Part shown: positions 51,434-59,833 of the stretch, one piece after another
Position numbering within the stretch: the first letter of the stretch is position 1
Layout of the letters: each line of letters begins with the position of its first letter
Made by a program: the position numbers and the translations under genes
Source: an uncultured archaeon
Lineage (GTDB): Archaea > Thermoproteota > EX4484-205 > JAAOZP01
NCBI GenBank assembly: GCA_938045545.1
Contig: CALIBN010000010.1
Coordinates: 46,240 to 110,239 of the forward strand
Reading direction: 5' to 3'
DNA: 64,000 nt
Notes under the pieces: generated by a model
The model's database searches: none
Seen by the model: the letters and a program-made list of their open reading frames with translations, nothing else
Told to the model about the DNA's origin: nothing

Positions 51434-52567
51434 ATGGGTTTAATGAAGCCAGTGTCCGAAAAACAGGTGTCTTCGCGGAGGGTCATTCTGCTAGTCGACC
51501 TAGACTATTTCTTCGCGCAGTGCGAGGAAACAAGGAACCCGTCTTTAAGAAACAAGCCTCTGGTTGTATGCGTCTACTCCGGGCGGAGCGGGGAAAGCGG
51601 TGTTGTAAGCACTGCAAACTATGAGGCGAGGAAGCACGGGGTTAAATCAGGCATCCCCATCTCGCTTGCTAAAAAGAGGCTGATGAACGTTGACGCAGTA
51701 TTCCTCCCGGTCGACCACGAGTATTATAACAGGGTTTCAGACAAAGTGATGAGCATCCTTAAGAAGCATGCGGACTTCTTCGAGCAGGCTGGGGTGGACG
51801 AGGCCTATCTTGATGTGAGCGAGAGGGTTGAGGGTGATTTCGACAGGGCTGTAGAGTTGGCCAGGAGGATGAAGGAGGAGGTTAAGAGGAGCATGGGGTT
51901 AACCTGCTCCATTGGCATCGGTCCGAATAAGCTTGTCGCCAAGATTGCCGCTGACTTTCAAAAGCCGGACGGCTTAACAGCTGTTAAACCAGAGGAGGTT
52001 CAAGATTTCCTTTCACCGTTACCGGTCAACCGGCTGATCGGAGTCGGAGTTAAGACTCAGAGCCTGATGGAAAGCCTTGGCATTAAAACAATAGGCGACC
52101 TGGCGAGCTACGATGTTAGGAAGCTAATTGTGCTTTTCGGAGAGAAGCTGGGTGTTTACTTCCATAATGCTTCCCGGGGAATAGACAACCAGCCTGTTAA
52201 GGAGAGGGGTGAGGCTTCATCCATAAGTAGAATAACAACGTTGAAGGAGGATACGCGGAACCTTGAGGCTGTTCTTAAGAAGACGAGTGGGCTTTGCGAC
52301 GAGATTCATGCTGAGCTCTCCCGGCGGAGGCTGAGGGCTAAACAAGTTGGAATAATAGTGATTACGAAAGATATGGCTGTTCATAGTAGGTCGAAAACCT
52401 TGGAACAGCCTACAAGCGACCTGGAAGCTATTAAAAAGAATGTTAGGGATTTGTTTGAAAAGTTTCTGAGGGAGTCGGGGCTTGAAGCCAGAAGAGTAGG
52501 CGTTAGGGTCTCAGGTTTCGTTAAAGAAGAAAGGCAGAAACAGTTAAGGGCCTTCATACCAAGCTGA
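51434..52567 (+). CDS. dinB: Y-family DNA polymerase IV (Dpo4/DinB)
   Basis: VDLDYFFAQCE, TANYEARK.GV, DEAYLD, KPDG. Confidence 0.95.
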   Translation: MGLMKPVSEKQVSSRRVILLVDLDYFFAQCEETRNPSLRNKPLVVCVYSGRSGESGVVSTANYEARKHGVKSGIPISLAKKRLMNVDAVFLPVDHEYYNRVSDKVMSILKKHADFFEQAGVDEAYLDVSERVEGDFDRAVELARRMKEEVKRSMGLTCSIGIGPNKLVAKIAADFQKPDGLTAVKPEEVQDFLSPLPVNRLIGVGVKTQSLMESLGIKTIGDLASYDVRKLIVLFGEKLGVYFHNASRGIDNQPVKERGEASSISRITTLKEDTRNLEAVLKKTSGLCDEIHAELSRRRLRAKQVGIIVITKDMAVHSRSKTLEQPTSDLEAIKKNVRDLFEKFLRESGLEARRVGVRVSGFVKEERQKQLRAFIPS

Positions 52568-52859
52568 GCCTTGTTCATATAACTTGGTTAAATGGCTTGT
52601 CGCGTGCTATCCTATTTTTCTCTCAAACGAGTCTTCGAAGAGGATTCTTCGACCTCGAATAACTATTTGAAACAAGCCGTAAACCAGCATTGGGTTTGCC
52701 ACAGCCCTCTATAGGACCCTTATAAATAACTCCTCTTTCAAAACCTTTTTAACCAATACTCCAATACTTATTGAAGCGCACGCTTAGTTTATTCCTTCCC
52801 CACGCTGGAAACTTGGCCTTAAACGCTTAAATCTCTCATAACTGCTTTAAACAAACGGG

Positions 52860-53213
52860 TTGGGCCATTCCTGGGTTGAGGTTGAGCTGTCTAATATGGA
52901 AAGAACCAGGTCGAAGAAGGTTAAGGCTCTAGTGGATACCGGGGCTAGCCTATCAGTTCTGCCTAAGAGTCTGGCCGACGAGCTTGGAATAGAGGCGGTT
53001 AGCGAAGACAGGGTGATGACGGGGGCTGGAGAAATAAGGATAAGAAGAGGCAGAGCCTGGATAAGGCTGGAGGATAAGGAAAGCCCTTTCGACATATGGA
53101 TCTCCGACATTATAGACAGGGTTCTGATAGGCGTTGTGGTCCTGGAAACCTTCGGGTTTGAAGTCGACCCTACAACGGGAACAATAAGAGAAAAGCCTCT
53201 GCTTCTCTACTAA
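52860..53213 (+). CDS. clan AA (retropepsin-like) aspartyl protease
   Basis: ALVDTGA, LIG..VLE..G..VDP. Confidence 0.85.
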   Translation: MGHSWVEVELSNMERTRSKKVKALVDTGASLSVLPKSLADELGIEAVSEDRVMTGAGEIRIRRGRAWIRLEDKESPFDIWISDIIDRVLIGVVVLETFGFEVDPTTGTIREKPLLLY

Positions 53214-53499
53214 TCTTTGCAGACTGATCATGTGCATGCGCACCACAACCTGATATCTGGGAAAAGGTGCAGGACGATAGAAGAAAAATCAAAAATTGTT
53301 GAATTTGAAAAGGGCTTCTAAATTTAAATCCACCCCGTCTTTTTTCTGGATTTGAGAAAAATGCTGGTCGCCCGTTAGGCATCCAAGTTTAAGTTTTTGC
53401 GCCGCCGCTATAATGCTGTCGGCCATCGGTATTCTATACTTAGCGCGCGTCACTATATATTATTTTATTAGTAAAGCCTTAAATCCTTAAGAAGATTTG

Positions 53500-53605
53500 T
53501 GGGCCCGGAGGGATTTGAACCCCCAACCTACGGGTTATGAGCCCGCCGCTCTAACCTGGCTGCTCCGAGACATGTTTAAATTTTTCTCGTTTAAGCTACG
53601 GGCCC
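53500..53605 (-). tRNA. tRNA with CAT anticodon, likely Ile2, with 31-nt D-loop intron (53560-53590)
   Basis: Acceptor GGGCCCG/CGGGCCC typical of archaeal tRNA-Ile, arm GCGGG-CTCATAA-CCCGT; intron with GCTT/GAGC helix, two 3-nt bulges and CGAGA/TCTCG stem. Confidence 0.88.
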
Positions 53606-53829
53606 TCAAGTTTATTTGACACACTAGGGTAAATAAAAACTTTTCCCTCGTTGTATTTAAGTGCTGAATAACGTGTTTTCCAGTTGCCTCGTCTATTTCA
53701 ACCGATACGCTTTAGGATTCGCAGGCGATGGCCTAAGCGTGCACCGAATTATGAAAAGGGAATCGATTCTTTAAGGTATTAAAGGAGCTACACTTAAAAG
53801 CCTGACTATATAATTATTATCTCAACGGA

Positions 53830-54510
53830 ATGGTTGACTCCAAGCTCAGGAAGCGATTCGTGGATTCCATAGATTACCTCCGCAAGATGGATTTCTTCAA
53901 AGACTATTCTGATTTGTCTTCAGAAGAGATCTTAGAAAGGATCTTCAGTGGAGAAATTAATTATCCGCATAGTTGGTGGTACGAAGAGCCTAGAGTCTTT
54001 TCCGAAAAGCCAGAACCCATACTGCACGGGCCCTCTCTGCTGATAAGCATAAAAGATCATCAGAAATACTGGATGAAGGCAAGCGATTTTGAAATAGATC
54101 GTTTATTGATTCCTTTCGATACTAAAAGGGTTATGAAGGAAAATGCCGAGACTAGCATTGATGATAACATTGGCACGGCCCTCCTTAAGAGGCTCGCAAG
54201 GATATCGAGGGGCGTTTTTCAGCCAACTAATATAAGCTCGATGTGGCTAACGCCCAAAAGATCTAAGTGGCTAGTACAAGAGGTCAGCTTCGATTTTAAG
54301 GGCAAGAGGCATAGCATCGAGATCGTCCTTCAATACGATTACATCGAGGACATGGGCCTCAGGGAGTTGAACGAGCTCATAGAAAAAACTGGATATAAGT
54401 ACTATCAGGTAGAGCAAGACTATATAATCGTGGTCGTGCTGACGAAGGAGGCTGAGAAGTTGGAGAAGGAGAGGGGCTGGAAGTTCGAGTATATTTTCTT
54501 AACCCTCTGA
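53830..54510 (+). CDS. copy 4 (intact) of the repeated immunity-like family
   Basis: 226 aa open ORF homologous to the copies at 8963, 10089 and 39925. Confidence 0.85.
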   Translation: MVDSKLRKRFVDSIDYLRKMDFFKDYSDLSSEEILERIFSGEINYPHSWWYEEPRVFSEKPEPILHGPSLLISIKDHQKYWMKASDFEIDRLLIPFDTKRVMKENAETSIDDNIGTALLKRLARISRGVFQPTNISSMWLTPKRSKWLVQEVSFDFKGKRHSIEIVLQYDYIEDMGLRELNELIEKTGYKYYQVEQDYIIVVVLTKEAEKLEKERGWKFEYIFLTL

Positions 54511-56226
54511 TAGGAGCTCGCACCCCACTTCCACTTTCCTATTCACCAAGTTGAAGTAAACATAGGCTACTATGTAAGCCTTTATATTCTCTCCCTTCTC
54601 AACACCATAGCCCTCTTTACTCAAGTCAAGGCCATGCTCTTCGATATGCTCTTTGTATTCTTTTAATTGCTTCAAACCCTCCCTAATATCATCACCTATA
54701 TTTTCATAAACTCTAGTTGACTTAACCTCTATGACTATGAGGCGACCGTCCTTCGTCTTAAAGACTAAGCCCACCCTCTCATCTGTAACTTTTATGTGGA
54801 CTTCTTTTGCTACAAATTCTGCTCCCTCTAACTCAGAAAGTTTACCGGCATTTACAGCATTTCTAACCAAATCTCTTCCATACTCCCCTAGCTTTGTGCT
54901 AGAAGCTTTCTTTATGCTTTCGATCTGCTCGTCGCTCAGCACTTCCGAGTATAGAAATCTAGGACGAGGTTGAATTACAACGTATCTCAACCATTCAGCT
55001 TTCTTCGGCTCGGTCTCCTCCGGCACGTTGATCTCAAGCGTTTCAGCGCCGCAGAAGGCGTGTCTCCCATTGTCGAAGTATGCAACCAGCTCAAGCTCCC
55101 CTTCCTCAATCTTCTTCCTCAATACCTCAACGTTGTAATATCCGAACATCCTCCTCAGCTCCTCGACCAGTCCAATCCTTCCCCTCTCTCCCACTGGGAT
55201 GTTAAGGTAATACTTCTCCTCCATCTTCCATTCTTGGACTGAAATCGGAATGGTTGACTCATAGTCACCATACTTTATTATCAGCAGGTTTCCTTCGACG
55301 CTTAACGCGGCTTTGTATCCCCCTTTCTCATGTGGGGCTTCTTCGTTGAAAGCGATGCTGAAGTCTCCGTCTTCGTAGAAAGCGAAGTATATCTCAGCCC
55401 CCTCCCTTATGCTTCTCTGCTTGAGCTTCGCTATCATAGATGCTCCATGTCTCTCGCTCCAGCTTTGCGATTTAACACTCTCCAACTCTACCTCCTTCCC
55501 CTCTACGATTAACCCATCCTTCGGGCTGAAGTAGAAGCTCGAATCCTTACACTTAAAGTGCATGGAGTAGTCGTATCTAATGATGCTGATTTTCACTTCC
55601 CTCCCGGCAAGCTCCTTCAAAAACTTCTCCGGAACATTAATATTGAGGATTTCGCTTGCTTCATCCCTCCTACTCGACCATTCGAAAACTTCTCCGTCAT
55701 CTTCTCTTAACACCCTGATCAAGTACAGGCCCTTTTCAAACTTCCCCCTGCACTTTATACGGCCGGACTCAGGTATGGTTTTCTCGAACTCGCCGACGAC
55801 TATCTCCCCGCCCCCTGAGCCGAGAGCTTCCTCCAGCGTCTTCCTCAGTATATTTTCCTCGAGCCCCATCAATTGTGACGTTACCGTCGTTGCGATCATG
55901 CAGTTCCTCAGCCTGCTGTCGGGGTAGTCGAATACCTTCTCAACAACGTTTCTAAGCTTGCTGTTCGCTACCTCCCTATTTCCGCCCGGCCCTCTCAGTG
56001 CCCCATAGTAAAAGTTCCTAAGGACGTTCAGGAGCCATCTCGCAGCGTCGGGCGCGAGCGTGTTAAGGATGTGTTTGAGGAGGTCTTCAACCTCGTTTGC
56101 GAGCTGCATGTCGGGGATGGATTGGCAGAACCCCATTATCTCGAGCTTGAGGGAGAGAGTTGGGTGAAAGTGGTTAGGCCAAGTCCTCCGAGTTGAAAGG
56201 GAAGGGCTATTCTCAAGGCGACGCAA
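54499..56226 (-). CDS. large protein (probably 5'-truncated) ending in a PD-(D/E)XK nuclease-like domain
   Basis: 575 aa open frame; C-terminal KLGEYG...VGLVF...IVIEVKST...KQLKEY; converges on 53830..54510. Confidence 0.65.
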   Translation of the reverse strand: MRRLENSPSLSTRRTWPNHFHPTLSLKLEIMGFCQSIPDMQLANEVEDLLKHILNTLAPDAARWLLNVLRNFYYGALRGPGGNREVANSKLRNVVEKVFDYPDSRLRNCMIATTVTSQLMGLEENILRKTLEEALGSGGGEIVVGEFEKTIPESGRIKCRGKFEKGLYLIRVLREDDGEVFEWSSRRDEASEILNINVPEKFLKELAGREVKISIIRYDYSMHFKCKDSSFYFSPKDGLIVEGKEVELESVKSQSWSERHGASMIAKLKQRSIREGAEIYFAFYEDGDFSIAFNEEAPHEKGGYKAALSVEGNLLIIKYGDYESTIPISVQEWKMEEKYYLNIPVGERGRIGLVEELRRMFGYYNVEVLRKKIEEGELELVAYFDNGRHAFCGAETLEINVPEETEPKKAEWLRYVVIQPRPRFLYSEVLSDEQIESIKKASSTKLGEYGRDLVRNAVNAGKLSELEGAEFVAKEVHIKVTDERVGLVFKTKDGRLIVIEVKSTRVYENIGDDIREGLKQLKEYKEHIEEHGLDLSKEGYGVEKGENIKAYIVAYVYFNLVNRKVEVGCELLSEG

Positions 56227-56310
56227 CTAAAGTTACACATACCAACCATCTCCATGGGAGCGGGGGGTGAGCCTAGAGAGACAATCTGGATGATGTAGGT
56301 TGCGCGCGCA

Positions 56311-56601
56311 TTTTACAAGTGGTTCTCCAAATACGGGAAGAGCGTATGGAGGCCGTTGGCGTGGTCGATGGCAACGATATTCGTAATGTTCATCCTCTTC
56401 GCCTTATCCGGCGGTCAACCGATTGGAGAATACTTCAATAGCCTGAAGCACAGCTTCTCCCTGTTCTTCCAGCTGACCCCAGTGGACTACAGATGGCCGA
56501 TGGGCATCCTTCTCCTAAGCATCCTGGAGAGGATCCTTGGGCTTCTGTTCCCAGCCCTGAAAGTCCTAGCCTTGAGGAGAATGCTCGAGAGAGTTCCGTA
56601 G
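56311..56601 (+). pseudogene. C-terminal fragment of a membrane protein
   Basis: YKWFSKYGKSVWRPLAW...TM...ERILG..LALRRMLER with no start; begins at the TGCGCGCGCA palindrome. Confidence 0.5.
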
Positions 56602-56751
56602 CAAAATGCCATACTCAAACTATTGATTCATAAGTAGACATTTCTTTTCTTGAGCTTTCTTTTCGCTCCAAATTTAGTGCAAATTTTTAAATCGTGGAGG
56701 ACTGATAGATGCATGAAGATCCAAAACTCTTAAGAATAATGAAATCATAGG

Positions 56752-57407
56752 ACGCGTGCGCGCAGAATTGTCGCAGAGGAAAGAATTAATCTTGCCTTAT
56801 CTGATACAAGTTGTCTTAGCATTTTAATGAAATATATGAAATATCTTAATGTTCCGGCCACAATGCTACGATATGCATGGATCTCGTCAAAAACAAAATA
56901 CTCTATACTTGCGATAGATAACCGTTTTTCCAATGTCTTGTATTTATTAGTCGATATTGATATGCCCAAATATTAGTTATGAGTATTGTAGGTGGCTCTT
57001 CTTCAAAACCTTCTCGCGTAAGACGAATAAAATCAAGAGATTCATTACATTTTCCACAGAATACCTTCCTATTTTTTATAATTAGCGACTCTTTGGCATG
57101 GACCGGACATTTTATCCCCCTATATTTATCAAAATCTTTCAAATCCTTACGAAACGTTACATCACCATCGTCAATACCAATAGAAATTTGCAAATTACAC
57201 TCTTTGTTCATATGATAAATTAGTTTAATGAGCCTCCCCATTTGATCTGAACCTAAAGGTTTTCTAGGATAGAAAATTACAGCCACGGTATCATTCCGTC
57301 TTTCCAGCTTTGCTTTTATAGCTGCAATCAAAATTGGTATAATAAAAACGAAGGTTTTTCCAAAGGCGGTAGGAGCGGAAATTATAGCATCTTTCCCATT
57401 AAGTAAA
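56752..57407 (-). pseudogene. internal fragment of a DEAD/DEAH-box (SF2) helicase
   Basis: APTAFGKT, FYPRKPL..DQ, PTILITN, VFDEIHAY, SSAT; frameshifted and cut at both ends. Confidence 0.85.
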
Positions 57408-57657
57408 AGTTTTGGTCATGGCGGTGTCGGTATGACCAAAACTACTTCTACTTCCATCGGTGTGGTCTTATCTACATCGACTTTCAGTTTTCGAGTGTTC
57501 GGTAGGACGATGTACTTGGTTTTCTGGTTCGTAATCGAAGATAAATTTGGTACCTGTTGGCGTTGACTATCCTGCCTCGGTGGAGATGACGACGTTCTTA
57601 CTGACTAGCGCGCACGTTATCACGTTTAACGATAAAATTAAATCAATTGAATGTTTA

Positions 57658-57730
57658 TGGGGGCACTGGGATTTGAACCCAGGTCTCGTGGGCCCAAGCC
57701 ACGGAGCCTACCAAGCTAGCCGATGCCCCC
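57658..57730 (-). tRNA. tRNA-Pro(TGG), no intron
   Basis: GGGGGCA/TGCCCCC, CGTGG-CTTGGGC-CCACG, GGTTCAAATCC. Confidence 0.92.
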
Positions 57731-57832
57731 GGCTGATTTTTTCATAACCTGCAATTTAAAAAGATTTTGTTTCAAAAAATGAGTTATGAGAAGCTCCTAG
57801 ACTTTAAGGAGTTTAATTTGTTACATTCTGAG

Positions 57833-57941
57833 TGCCGGAGGCGGGTCTCGATCCCGCGACCTCCAGATTATGAGTTTCATCAACCTTTTCGGGTTTCTGG
57901 CGCTTTAGCCTCGTAGGTCTAGCCATCTGAGCTACTCCGGC
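57833..57941 (-). tRNA. elongator tRNA-Met(CAT) with two non-canonical introns (57905-57918 and 57876-57896)
   Basis: Acceptor GCCGGAG/CTCCGGC; intron removal gives D stem GCTC/GAGC and anticodon arm CCAGA-CTCATAA-TCTGG. Confidence 0.85.
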
Positions 57942-58063
57942 ACTCCTTTTGTTGAAAGGGGGAACCGGGTTTTAAATTTTTATCCGGGTGACTTTACTGT
58001 TTGACCATTCAAGTCTAAATTCCTATTCACGCTGGCCAACACCGACACCTTTTTCAATCTGCG

Positions 58064-58435
58064 CTAGGCTTGCTCCAGGCCCGGGAACCCGAGTGCTTTT
58101 AAAACGAGCCTTAAGCCTTCTTCAGTAACCTTCTGGCCGGATACGACGCTGCTTCTTTCAGGGTAGATGATGAACCCCTTGTACATTCCCCCCATGTTGA
58201 TGATGTAGAAAACCTGTATTACGAATATTAGCATGTTAAGCTGTTTACTCGTAAGCCTCTCGAGAAGCAGCCTTTCGGTCCTTAAGGATATTGCACATCT
58301 TTTCCTAAGGCTCTCCGCAATACTCTCCCTGTCCTCATCCATAACCGCTACCACATCCGATACTGTTAAGCCCTGCTCCTTAAGATAGTCGTCAACAGCC
58401 TTCTTAAGAGGAATATAATAGCCCGGCAGGCTCAT
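58064..58435 (-). CDS. hypothetical protein
   Basis: 123 aa ATG ORF directly downstream of asnS with host-like codon usage. Confidence 0.7.
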   Translation of the reverse strand: MSLPGYYIPLKKAVDDYLKEQGLTVSDVVAVMDEDRESIAESLRKRCAISLRTERLLLERLTSKQLNMLIFVIQVFYIINMGGMYKGFIIYPERSSVVSGQKVTEEGLRLVLKALGFPGLEQA

Positions 58436-58442
58436 TTCAGCC

Positions 58443-59744
58443 TCAGGGGTAAACTATTGTCTGAGTCCGGGGATAGGGGACTGCGTACTTTATGCTGGGC
58501 AACCGTAGAATATGGGCAAGTAGCCTCTCGAAACCTAGGCCGAAGCCTGAATGGGGAACCGAGCCGTATTTCCTGAGGTCGAGATACCAGGCGTAATCCT
58601 CAGGGTTGTAGCCTGACTCCAATATTCTATTCGTGAGAACATTGTAGTCGTCAATCCTCTGCCCGCCGCCGGTTATCTCGCCATAGGGCCAGACCAGCAG
58701 GTCTGCTGCAAGCACAACCCTAGGGTCTCCGGGGTCAGGCATATGGTAGAAGGCTCTAGTCTCCTTGGGGTAGTGCGTCACAAAAACCGGTTGGCCAATC
58801 CTGGTGGCAATAATCTTCTCCTCCCTCACGCCGAGATCCCTGCCCCACTCTATTTCCACACCACTGTTCGTCAAGAGCTCAACGGCCTGCGTGTAGGTTA
58901 TTCTCTTGAAAGGTTTTTCAAAAGGCTTGAAGCTGGGGTTGAACCTTTCAACATCCTCCCTGTGCTTCTCGTAGAATCTTCTAACAACGTCTGTAAGCAT
59001 GTCCTCTTCAAACTGGAGCAGCTGGTTGAAATCCATGTGGCATGCTTCAACCTCGAGATGCCAGTATTCTGAGAGATGCCTCCTTGTCTTAGACTCCTCG
59101 GCCCTGAAGCTCGGCTGGAAGCAGAAGACTTTTTCAAGGGAGAAAATCGCTCCCTCAAGATAGAACTGTGAGCTCTGAGTCAAGAAAGCCTTATTGTCGA
59201 AATACTTGACTTCAAACATTTTCGCGCCTCCCTCGGTTGCGGCGGTAACTATCGAGGGCGCGCTTACCTCATAGTAACCATGGTCCAGAAGCCATTGCCT
59301 CAACATTGTTGAAAGAGAGGACCTTAGCTTTAAAACAGTGTTCATAGTCCTGCTGCGTATGAAAAGATGGCGGTACCTCCATACGGCTTCCGGAGACATG
59401 TTTCTTCTTAAAGGAGGATCCTCCAGAGAGGGGGACATCACTCTGACGGCTTCAGCCTGAAGTTCAAAACCCCCGGGGGCACGCGCATCTCTCCTGACAA
59501 GCCCCTCAACCATTAGGGAGGATTCTCTCCTAAGCTTCTTAACTTGGTCGAAAACCTGTTCTCCAACCCGGTCCTTCTTGACGACAACCTGCACCACGCC
59601 CGTGGAGTCGCGAATCCTTAGGAAAACCAGTTTGCCGACAGTATTCTTCACGTAGAGCCAGCCGCGGATCCTCGCTTTACCCCCGATCAGGCTGGCTAAG
59701 CTTGCAACACGCTGCTCCTCCACGCCGCAGGATTCAGTGGTCAA
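58443..59744 (-). CDS. asnS: asparaginyl-tRNA synthetase
   Basis: OB fold FLRIRDSTG, LTQSSQFYLE, FRAEESKTRRHLSEYWHLE, GEITGGGQR, PHSGFGLGFER. Confidence 0.9.
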   Translation of the reverse strand: MTTESCGVEEQRVASLASLIGGKARIRGWLYVKNTVGKLVFLRIRDSTGVVQVVVKKDRVGEQVFDQVKKLRRESSLMVEGLVRRDARAPGGFELQAEAVRVMSPSLEDPPLRRNMSPEAVWRYRHLFIRSRTMNTVLKLRSSLSTMLRQWLLDHGYYEVSAPSIVTAATEGGAKMFEVKYFDNKAFLTQSSQFYLEGAIFSLEKVFCFQPSFRAEESKTRRHLSEYWHLEVEACHMDFNQLLQFEEDMLTDVVRRFYEKHREDVERFNPSFKPFEKPFKRITYTQAVELLTNSGVEIEWGRDLGVREEKIIATRIGQPVFVTHYPKETRAFYHMPDPGDPRVVLAADLLVWPYGEITGGGQRIDDYNVLTNRILESGYNPEDYAWYLDLRKYGSVPHSGFGLGFERLLAHILRLPSIKYAVPYPRTQTIVYP

Positions 59745-59833
59745 ATCTACACCATTTCCTACGGCAATCCCTATGAATATAAACGTATCTTGGGGCTAAA
59801 CAGTTTTAACTGAGGGCTGAAGCGTTTCTCAGC

